Positions 1 through 14,232 of a stretch of DNA of 64,000 bases are shown in pieces (within the stretch, counting starts at the first letter, position 1; every line of letters begins with the position of its first letter). The DNA lies in NCBI RefSeq assembly GCF_009914755.1, contig NC_060926.1, one strand, 5' to 3'. The notes under the pieces were generated by a model. That model saw nothing but the letters and a program-made list of their open reading frames with translations, made no database searches and was not told where the DNA came from. Source of the DNA: the human T2T-CHM13v2.0 reference genome, Homo sapiens. The translations under genes were made by a program, and so were the position numbers.

Positions 1-30
1 GGTGGTCTCTTCACACAGACGCGCATGAAA
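1..30 (+). mobile_element. Last 30 bp of the 5' LTR7 (U5)
   Basis: Matches 11301-11330 with 3 differences, all consistent with CpG decay; directly followed by the PBS. Confidence 0.93.
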
Positions 31-32
31 TT

Positions 33-50
33 TGGTGCCATGACTCGGAT
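33..50 (+). promoter_or_regulatory. Primer-binding site for tRNA-His
   Basis: TGGTGCCATGACTCGGAT, 17/18 to the complement of the tRNA-His 3' end (TGGTGCCGTGACTCGGAT). Confidence 0.93.
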
Positions 51-172
51 CGGGGGACCTCCCTGGGGGATCAATGCCCTGTCCTCCTGCTCTTTGCTCC
101 GTGAGAAAGATCCACCTACGACCTCAGGTCCTCAGACCCACCAGCCCAAGGAACATCTCACCAATTTTAAAT

Positions 173-181
173 CGGGTAAAC
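173..181 (+). promoter_or_regulatory. HERV-H leader splice donor, +5 position apparently mutated (CGG|GTAAAC)
   Basis: Position and context match the HERV-H major donor, recalled as G|GTAAGC. Confidence 0.6.
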
Positions 182-823
182 GGCCTCTTCTTATTCTCTT
201 CTCCAACCTCTCTCACTATCCCTCAACCACTTTCTCCTTTCAATCTTGGCACCACCCTTCAATCTCTCCCTTCTCTTAATTTCAATTCCTTTCATTTTCT
301 GGTAGAGACAAAGGAGACATGTTTTATCCGTGGAACCAAAACTCCAGCACCAGTCATGGACTCAGGAAGGCAGCCTTCGCTTGGCATTTAATCATTGCAG
401 GGGAGGAGCCAAGATGGCCGAATAGGAACAGCTCCGGTCTACACCTCCCAGCGTGAGCGACACAGAAGATGGTGATTTCTGCATTTCCATCTGAGGTACT
501 GGGTTCATCTCACTAGGGAGTGCCAGACAGTGGGCACAGCTTTGAAGAGAGCAGTGGTTCTCCCAGCACGCAGCTGGAGATCTGAGAACTGGCAGACTGC
601 CTCCTCAAGTGGGTCCCTGACCCCTGACCCCCGAGCAGCCTAACTGGGAGGCACCCCCCAGCAAGGGCACACTGACACCTCACACGGCAGGGTATTCCAA
701 CAGACCTGCAGCTGAGGGTCCTGTCTGTTAGAAGGAAAACTAATAAACAGAAAGGACATCCACACCAAAAACCCATCTGTACATCACCATCATAAAAGAC
801 CAAAAGTAGATAAAACCACAAAG

Positions 824-1833
824 ATGGGGAAAAAACAGAACAGAAAAACTGGAAACTCTAAAACACAGAGCGCCTCTCCTCCTCCAAAGGAACGCAGTTT
901 CTCACCAGCAACGGAACAAAGCTGGATGGAGAATGACTTTGAAGAGCTGAAAGAAGGCTTCAGACGATCAAATTACTCTGAGCTACAGGAGGACATTCAA
1001 ACCAAAGGCAAAGAAGTTGAAAACTTTGAAAAAAATTTAGAAGAATGTATAACTAGAATAACCAATACAGACAAGTGCTTAAAGGAGCTGATGGAGCTGA
1101 AAACCAAGGCTCAAGAACTACGTGAAGAATGCAGAAGCCTCAGGAGCTGATGCGATCAACTGGAAGAAAGGGTATCAGTGATGGAAGATGAAATGAATGA
1201 AATGAAGTAGGAAAGTTTAGAGAAAAAAGAATAAAAAGAAACGAGCAAAGCCTCCAAGAAATATGGGACTATGTGAAAAGACCAAATCTACGTCTGATTG
1301 GTGTACCTGAAAGTGATGGGGAGAATGGAACCAAGTTGGAAAACACTCTGCAGGATATTATCCAGGAGAACTTCCCTAATCTAGCAAGGCAGGCCAACGT
1401 TCAGATTCAGGAAATACAGAGAACACCACAAAGATACTCCTCGAGAAGAGCAACTCCAAGACACATAATTGTCAGATTCACCAAAGTTGAAATGAAGGAA
1501 AAAATGTTAAGGGCAGCCAGAGAGAAAGGTCGGGTTACCCTCAAAGGGAAGCCCATCAGACTAACAGCAGATCTCTTGGCAGAAACCCTACAAGCCAGAA
1601 GAGAGTGGGGGCCAATATTCAACATTCTTAAAGAAAAGAATTTTCAACCCAGAATTTCATATCCAGCCAAACTAAGCTTCATAAGTGAAGGAGAAATAAA
1701 ATACTTTACAGACAAGCAAATGCTGAGAGATTTTGTAACCACCAGGCCTGCCCGAAAAGAGCTCCTGAAGGAAGCGCTAAATATGGAAAGGAACAACCAC
1801 TACCAGCCGCTGCAAAATCATGCCAAAATGTAA
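824..1833 (+). pseudogene. L1 ORF1p, disrupted
   Basis: MGKKQNRKTGNSK start, premature TGA at 1148-1150, small deletion and stop near 1205-1215, then RPNLRLIGVPE...REWG...YPAKLS to TAA at 1833. Confidence 0.95.
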
Positions 1834-1896
1834 AGACCATCAAGACTAGGAAGAAACTGCATCAACTAACGAGCAAAATCACCAGCTAACATCATA

Positions 1897-5724
<3,828 letters not shown>

Positions 5725-6163
5725 ACAATGAGAACACATGGACACAGGAAGGGGAATATCACACTGGGGAGTGTTGTGGGGTGGGGGGAGGGGGGAGGGA
5801 TAGCATTGGGAGATATACCTAATGCTAGATGATGAGTTAGTGGGTGCAGTGCACCAGCATGACACATGTATAAATATGTAACTAACCTGCACAATGTGCA
5901 CATGTACCCTAAAACTTAAAGTATAATAAAAAATAAAAAAACAAGAAAAAAGAAAAGTCACAATGAAAAAAAAAGTCATTGCAGGGAAACCTGTCTGATT
6001 ATTCACCCACATTTCAGAGGTGTCTGACCACGCAAGGACACCTGCCTTGGTCCTTCACCCTTAGTGGCACGTACTGCTTTTCTGGGGGGGCAAGAAGCCC
6101 TCAACTCCTTCTGTCCGTGTCTCTACCCCTTCACCACTTTTCTGGGAGGCAAGAATCCCTGGA

Positions 6164-6255
6164 CCCCTTATCTCTGTGCCCTGATCCCTTATTTCCATGC
6201 CCCAACCTCTTATCTCTGTGCCCCAACCCCTTATTTCCATGCTCCGACCCCTTTC
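6164..6255 (+). repeat. HERV-H pre-gag short tandem repeats
   Basis: Alternating CTTATCTCTGTGCCC and CCTTATTTCCATGC units, two of each. Confidence 0.7.
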
Positions 6256-6339
6256 CCACTTTTCTGGAGGGTAAGAACCCCTGAACCCCTTCCCTCTGTG
6301 TCTCTACTTTTTCTTTTCTCTCAGCTTGCCACCTTCACT

Positions 6340-7632
6340 ATGGGCAACCTTCCACCCTCCATTCCTCCCTCTTCTCCCTTAGTCTGTGCTCTCAAGACTT
6401 AAAACTTCTTCAACTCACACCTGATCTAAGACTTAAGTGCCTTATTTTCTTCTACAATGCTGTGTGACCCCAATACAAACTCGACAGTAGTTCCAAATAG
6501 CCAGAAAATGGCACTTTCGATTTTTCCATCCTACGAAACACCTTCGATTTTTCGTTTGCCATTTTTCATAAAATGGGCAAACGGTCTGAGGTGCCTGACA
6601 TCCAGGCATTCTTTTACACATTGTTCCCTCCCTCATCTCTGTTCCCAATATGACTCATCCCAAATCTTCCTTCTTTCCCTCCTGCCTGTCCCCTCAGTCC
6701 CAACCCCAAGCGTCACTGAGTCTTTCTAATCTTCCTTTTCTACAGACCCATCTGACCTCTCCCCTCCTCGCCAGGCTGAGCTAGGTCCCAATTCTTCCTC
6801 AGCCTCTGCTCCTCCACCCTATAATCCTTTTATCACCTCCGCTCCTCACACCCGGTCCGGCTTACAGTTTCGTTCCCCCGAATAGCCCTCCCCTACCTGC
6901 CCAGCAATTTACTCTTAAAAAGGTGGCTAGAGCTAAAGGCACAGTCAAGGTTAATACTCCTTTTTCTTTATCCCAAATCAGATAGCATTTAGGCTCTTTT
7001 TCATCAAATATAAAAATCCAGCCCAGTTCATGGCTCGTTTGGCAGCAACCCTGAGACAGTTTACAGCCCTAGACCCTAAAAGGTCAAAAGCCCGTCTTAT
7101 TCTCAATATACATTACCCAATCTGCTCCCACATTAAATAAAACTCCAAAAATTAAATTCCAGCCCTCAAACCCCACAACGGGACTTAATTAACCTCGCCT
7201 TCAAGGTGTACAATAATAGAGTAGAGGCAGCCAAATAACAATGTATCTGAGTTGCAATTCCTTGCCTCCACTGTGAAACAAACCCCAGCCATATCTCCAG
7301 CACAGAAGAACTTCCCAACACCTGAACCGCAGCAGCCAGGCATTCCTCCAGAACCGCCTCCCCCAGGAGCTTCCTACAAGTGCCAGAAATCTGGCCACCA
7401 GGCCAAGGAATGCCCACAGCCCAGGATTCCTCCTAAGCTGCGTCCCGTCTGTGCAGGACCCCACTGAAAATTGTACTGTTCAACTCACCTGGCAGCCACT
7501 CCCAGAGTCCCTGGAACTCCGGCCCAAGGCTCTCTGACTCCTTCCCAGATCTTCTCGGCTTAGCAGCTGAAGACTGACACTGCCCAATCACCTCAGAAGC
7601 CCCGCAGACCATCACAGATGCTGAGCTTTAAG
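6340..7632 (+). pseudogene. gag: HERV-H gag remnant
   Basis: ATG at 6340 gives MGNLPPSIPPSSPL; zinc knuckle SYKCQKSGHQAKEC at 7372-7413 (first Cys lost) and a second decayed knuckle; many stops. Confidence 0.85.
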
Positions 7633-10330
7633 TAACTCTCACAGTGGAGGGTGTGAGAGTTACTTAATCAATACGGAGGCTACCCACTCCACATTACCTT
7701 CTTTTCAAGGGCCTGTTTCCCTTGCCTCCATCACTGTCATAGGTATTGACAGTCAGGCTTCTAAAACTCTTAAAACTCCCCAACTCTGGTGCCAACTTAG
7801 ACAATACTCTTTTAAGCGCTCCTTTTTAGTTATCCCCACCTGCCCAGTTCCCTTATTAGGCCGAGACACTTTAACTAAATTATCTGCTTCCCTGACTATT
7901 CCTAGGCTACAGCTGCACCTCATTACCACCTTTTCCCCCAGTTCAAAGCCTCCTTCACATCCTCCCCTTATATCTCCCCACCTTAACCCACAAGTATAAG
8001 ACACCTCTACTCCCTCCTTAGTGACCGATCATGCACCCCTTACCATCCCATTAAAACCTACTCACTCTTACCTCACTCAATGCCAATATCCCATCCCACA
8101 GCACGCTTTGAAAGGATTAAAGCCTGTTATCACTCACCTGCTACAGCATAGGCTTCTAAAACCTATAAACTCTCCTTACAATTCCCCCATTTTACCTGTC
8201 CTAAAACCAGACAAGCCTTACAGGTTAGTTCAGGATCTGAGCCTTATCAACCAAATTGTTTTCCCATGGTGCCAAACCCATATACTCTCCTATCCTCAAT
8301 ACCTCCCTCTACAACCCATTATTCTGTTCTAGATCTCAAACATGCTTTCTTTACTATTCCTTTGCACCCTTCATCCCAGCCTCTCTTTGCTTTCACTTGG
8401 ACTGACCCTGACACCCATTAAGCTCAGCAAATTACCTGGGCTGTACTGCCACAAAGCATCACAGACAGCTCCTATTATTTCCGTCAAGCCCAAATTTCTT
8501 CCTCATCTGTTACCTATCTCGGCATAATTCTCATAAAAACACATGTGCTCTCCCTGCTGATCGTGTCTGGCTAATCTCCCAAACCCCAATCCCTTCTACA
8601 AAACAACAACTCCTTTCCTTCCTAGGCATGGTTAGGCTGGTCAGAATTGTTACACAAGAGCCAGGACCACACCCTGTAGCCTTTTTGTCCAAACAACTTG
8701 ACCTTACTGTTTTAGGCTGGCCATCATGTCTCCGTGCAGCAGCTGCTGCAGCCCTAATACTTTTAGAGGCCCTTAAAATCACAAACTATGCTCAACTCAC
8801 TCTCTACAATTCTCATAACTTCCAAAATCTATTTTCTTCCTCACACCTGACACATATAGTTTCTGCTCCTGGCTCCTTCAGCTGTACTCACTCTTTGTTG
8901 AGTCTCCCACAGTTACCATTGTTCCTGGCCCGGACTTCAATCTGGCCTCCCACATTATTCTGGATACCACACCTGACCCTCATGACTGTATCTCTCTGAT
9001 CCACCTGACATTCACCCCATTTCCCCTTATTTCCTTCTTTCCTGTTCCTCACCCTGATCACATGTAGTTTATTGATGGCAGTTCCGCCAGGCCTAATCGC
9101 CACACACCAGCAAAGGCAGGCTATGCTATAGTATCTTCCACATCTATTGTTGAGGCTACCGCTCTGCCCTCCTCCACTACCTCTCAGCAAGCCGAACTAG
9201 TTGCCTTAACTCAAGCCCTCACTCTTGCAAAAGGACTACGTGTCAATATTTATAGTGACTCTAAATATGCCTTTCATATTCTGCACCACCATGCTGTTAT
9301 ATAGGCTGAAAGAGGTTTCCTCACTATGTAAGGGTCCTGCATCATTAATGCTCTTTAATAAAAACTCTGCTCAAGGCTGCTTTACTTCCAAAGGAAGCTG
9401 GAGTCATTCACTGCAAAGGCCATCAAAAAGCATCAGATCCCATTGCTCTAGACAACGCTTATGCTGATAAGGTGGCTAGACAAGCAGCTAGCTTTCCAAC
9501 TTCTGTCCCTCATGCGTTTTTCTCCTTCACATCGGTCACTCCCACCTACTCCCCTGCTGAAACTTCCACCTACCAATCTCTTCCCACACAAGGCAAATAG
9601 TTCTTAGACCAAGGAAAATATCTCCTTCCAGCCTCACAGGCCCATTCTATTCTGTTGTCATTTCATAACCTCTTCCACGTAGGTTACAAGCCGCTAGCCC
9701 ATCTCTTAGAACCTCTCATTTCCTTTCCATCATGGAAATCTATCCTCAAGGAGATCACTTCTCAGTGTTCCATCTGCTATTCTACTACCCCTCATGGATT
9801 GTTCAGGCCTCCTCCCTTTCTACACATCAAGCTCGAGGATTTGTCCCTGCCCAGGACTGGCAAATTGACTTTACTCACATGCCCCAAGTCGGAAAACTAA
9901 AATATCTCTTAGTCTAAGTAGACACTTTCACTGGATGGGTAGAGGCCTTTCCCACAAGGTCTGAGAAGGCCACCGTGGTCATTTCGTCCCTTCTGTCAGA
10001 CATAATTCCTTGGTTTCGCCTTCCCACCTCTATATAGTCTGATAACGGACCAGCCTTTATTAGTCAAATCAGCCAAGCATTTTTTCAGGCTCTTAGTATT
10101 CAGTGAAACCTTTATATCCCTTACAGTCCTCAGTCTTCAGGAAAAGTAGAACAGACTAATGGTCTTTTAAAAACACACCTCACCAAACTCAGCCACCAAC
10201 TTAAAGAGGACTAGACAATACTTTTACCACTTTCCCGTCTCAGAATTCAGGCCTGTCCTCGGAATGCTACAAGGTATAGCCCATTTGAGCTCCCGTATAG
10301 ACGCTGCTTTTTATTAGGCTCCAGTCTCAT
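7633..10330 (+). pseudogene. pol: HERV-H pro-pol remnant (protease, partly deleted RT, RNase H, integrase)
   Basis: [84 protein letters not shown] and PQSSGKVE motifs in several frames; no YVDD seen. Confidence 0.9.
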
Positions 10331-10933
10331 TCCAGACACCAGACCAACTTGGACTGTGCCCCAAAAAACTTGTCATCCCTACTATATTCTGTCTAGTCAT
10401 ACTCCTATTCACCGTTCTCAACTACTCATACATGCCCTGCTCTTGTTTACACTGCCAGTTTACACTGTTTCTCCAAGTCATCACAGCTGATATCTCCTGG
10501 TGCTATCCCAAACCGCCACTCTTAACTCTTAAATCAATAATCTTTGCTGGCAAGGCTATGCTGAACCTCCTTAGGCACTCTCTAATTAGATGTCCTAGGT
10601 CCTCCCAATTCTTAGTCCTTTAATACCTGTTTTTCTCCTTCTCTTATTTTGTTTAGTTTTTCAATTCATACAAAACTGTATCCAGGCCATCACCAATAAT
10701 TCTAAATGAGAAATGCTTCTTCTAACGACCCCACAATATCACCCCTTACCACAGAATCTTCCTTCAGCTTAATCTGTCCCACTCTAGGTTCCCACGCCGC
10801 CCCTAATCCCGCTTGAAGCAGCCCTGAGAAACATCGCCCATTCTCTCTCCATACCACCCCCAAAAATTTTCACCGCCCCAACGCTTTACCACTATTTCAT
10901 TTTATTTTTCTTATTAATATAAGAGGACAGGAA
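10331..10933 (+). pseudogene. Short env remnant and polypurine tract
   Basis: Only ~600 bp between the integrase end and the LTR; PPT AAGAGGACAGGAA at 10921-10933. Confidence 0.65.
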
Positions 10934-11330
10934 TGTCAGGCCTCTGGGCCCAAGCTAAGCCATCATATCCCCTGTGACCTGCACATACACATCCAGATGG
11001 CTGGTTCTTGCCTTAACTGATGACATTCCACCACAAAAGAAGTGAAAATGGCCTGTTCCTGCCTTAACTGATGACATTATCTTGTGAAATTTCTTCTCCT
11101 GGCTCATTCTGGCTCAAAAGCTCCCCTACTGAACACTTGTGACCCCCACTTCTGCCCATCAGACCACAACCCCACTTTTTCCTTTACCTACCCAAATCCT
11201 ATAAAACGGCCCCACCCCTATCTCCCTTCGCTCTCTTTTTGGACTCAGCCAGCCTGCACCCAGGTGATTAAAAGCTTTATTGCTCACACAAAGCCTGTTT
11301 GGTGGTCTCTTCACATGGACGCACATGAAA
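10934..11330 (+). mobile_element. 3' LTR7 of HERV-H
   Basis: TGTCAGGCCTCTG start, two CCTTAACTGATGACATT repeats, TATAAAA ~11200, ATTAAA 11267-11272, CATGAAA end; predicted TSD GGGAC at 11331-11335. Confidence 0.96.
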
Positions 11331-11781
11331 GGGACTTCATAATATCTTTTGGTTGGGCAGCACACAATTTAGCCTATAACGAGCTATGCCAACATTTTGC
11401 ATATTTATTAAGCAAAATTACATCAAAATACAAAAAATAAAACCACTCCCTGAATTTGCAAAGCAAAATGAAACAAATTAACCTATCTGCATAACAAACT
11501 GGTGGCTAATAACACCCAGAATAATTGTTTCAGTATGCTTCTAAGTGACAACCATTGGGTTGTAATAGTTTTACAGTGATATATTTTAGGGACTAAAAGA
11601 GCTGCATGAACTCTTTAGCTGTTTTTAGTTAAAATAAAGCAAATAAACAATTATGTTAATGTCATTAGAAACCTAGATTTTCATCATGAGTGAGTATAAA
11701 TATAAAGTCAAGGAAGTTAAGAAAAATCTTGTAGTTCTAAGTTCTAAATTCTAAACTGGAAACATCAATATGAATTCATGA

Positions 11782-11804
11782 TGTGTGTGTGTGTGTGTGT
11801 GTGT
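11782..11804. repeat. (TG)n microsatellite
   Basis: About 11 TG units. Confidence 0.9.
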
Positions 11805-13768
11805 ATTTAATATATTATATATATTCAAATTAACATATCCAAGTTGTATCCACTAAAAGGTTGAATAAATCATGTTCAAAGCAGTAGAAATGAGCATCTA
11901 ATAGAGGGTTCATTTAAAAATAATTGAATCTAAAACAATATTTGGTAAAAATGGTGGATGGGAGGCAGGACTAACTTGCAGCTCCCACTTAGATAGACAG
12001 AGCAGCATATGGAGACTCACATCGTGAACTTTTGCTCGAAGAACTACCACAGGAACATACTAGGAAAGCTGAGAGAATCCACACACCCTTTGAAGGAAGT
12101 GGTTTGCCACGTTAGACTCTGTGAGACAGCCAAAAAACTGTGAGTGCCCAAAGTGTGGGAAGGGGAATGTCTGTTTCTGAACACACATCTTCACTGGGAA
12201 ACCTGGAGGTCCAGATCATGGGAGAAGGATGTGACCTTACCTGGAGCTGAGATAAATTTTAGAGAGCCCAAGGAACTATAGGGGTAGAGGAAGCAGTTGG
12301 AAGAGCCCTGGGGGCACTATGGGTCCCCAGGGAAGCTATTCCTGATGCAGGAATGCAGGTGGGGATGCATGAAATCTGAAAGCCCTGCTTGCTTTCTCAG
12401 TGGGGAGGCATGTAGCCTGGGGCAAGTTCTCAGTCCTGCTCACAGGCTAGCTAGAAATAAACTCAGTGCTACTGGGGGTGGGCGCTGTGGGAGTGAGACT
12501 TGCCTTTCAGGCTGCTTGGGAGCTAGGTGAGGCCTATCATTGCCAGCTTTCCCCCACTTCCCTGGTGACCCTTATGATGCAGCCATAATGCCTCTAGAAA
12601 TGTAACTCCATTGGCCTGAGAAATACACCCCATCCCCTACAGCAGCCACAGCATGCCCCACCCAAGGAGAGTCTGAGCTCAGACACACCTAACCTACCTC
12701 CACCTGATGGTCATTCTCTACCTGCCCTGGTAGCCAAAGACAAAGGACATAATCTCTTGGGAGCTTTATGGCCCAGACCACCACCTGAGAAAGCCAAATA
12801 CTTATCCAGGTGACCCTAGAGCAAGCTGGTATCCTCCCTATACTACTGCAATGGATGCTGTGTTGAAAGTGCCACCTCCTGGCTGGAGGCCAACCGACAC
12901 AAAACCAGCACACCTAACAAATATACAACCAAGGACCCTCACAGAGTCTACTTCACTCCCCTGCTACCTCTACTGGAGTTGTTGGTATCCATGGCTGAGA
13001 GACAAGAAGATGGATCACATCACAGGACTTTTTGCAGACACTACTTACTACCAGCTTGGACCCCGCTAGCTGTGCTGGGTGGCTAGACCCAGGGGAAAAA
13101 AAACAGTCACTGCAGTTTGGCTCTCAGGAAGCCCCATCCTTAGGAAAAGGGGGAGAGCTTCATATCAAGGAAACACTCTGTGGGACAAAAGAATCTGAAC
13201 AACAGCCTTTGGGCCCCAGATCTTCCCTCTAACATAGTCTGCCCAAATGAGAAGGAACTAGAAAAACAATTCTGGTAATATGATGAAACAGGGTTCTTTA
13301 ACATCCCCAAAAGATCACACTAGCTCACCAGCAACGGATCCAAACCAAGAAGAAATCTCTGAATTGCTAGAAAAAGAATTCAGAAGGTCGATTATTAAGC
13401 TACTCAAGGAGGCACCAGAGAAAGGTAAATATCAACATAAGGAAATCCAAAAAAAGACACAGGATATGAATGGAAAAATCTCCAGAGAAATAGATAGCAT
13501 AAATTTAAAAAAATCACAAATTGTGAAAATGAAGGACACACTTAGAGAAATGCAAAATATACTGGAAAGTCTCAACAATAGAACTGAACAAGTAAAAGAA
13601 AAAACTTCAGACCTCGAAGACAAGGCGTTTGAATTAACCCAAATTCCACAAAGACAAAGAAAAAATTTAAAAAATGAAGAAAGCCTCCAAGAAGTTTGGG
13701 ATTATGTTAAACGACCAAATCTAAGAATAGTTGATGTTCCCAAGGAAGAAGAGAAATCTAAAAGTTTG

Positions 13769-14232
13769 TGTCAGGCCTCTGAGCCCAAGCTAAGCCATCA
13801 TATCCCCTGTGACCTGCACATATACATCCAGATGGCCTGAAGTAACTGAAGAATCACAAAATAAGTGATATTTAAATGGCCTGTTCCTGCCTTAACTGAT
13901 GACATTCCACCACAAAAGAAGTGAAAATGGCATGGCAGGTCCTTGCCTTAACTGATGACATTACCTTGTGAAATTCCTTCTCCTGCCTCATCCTGGCTCA
14001 AAAAGCTTCCCCACTGAGCACCTTGTGACCCCCACTACTGCTCACCAGAGAACAACCCCCCTTTGATTGTAATTTTCCTTTACCTACCCAAATCTTATAA
14101 AACGGCCCCACCCCTATCTCCCTTTGCTGACTCTCTTTTCGGACTCAGCCCTCCTGCACCCAGGTGAAATAAACAGCCTTGTTGCTCACACAAAGCCTGT
14201 TTGGTGGTCTCCTCACATGGACACAAGTGAAA
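13769..14232 (+). mobile_element. Solo LTR7 (HERV-H) inserted in L1PB ORF1
   Basis: TGTCAGGCCTCTGAGCCC...GTGAAA; perfect 5-bp TSD GTTTG (13764-13768, 14233-14237); no PBS; L1 ORF1 resumes afterwards. Confidence 0.96.

Noticed and set aside
5766-5800. G-run cluster (potential G-quadruplex)
   Set aside because: Standard feature of the L1PA 3'UTR.
6164-6255. Short repeats resembling a CRISPR-like array
   Set aside because: No unique spacers; these are ordinary HERV-H leader repeats in primate DNA.
13280-13840. 186-aa L1 ORF1-LTR7 fusion ORF
   Set aside because: Chance read-through of a decayed ORF1 into the LTR; the native start (~13247) is followed by a stop.
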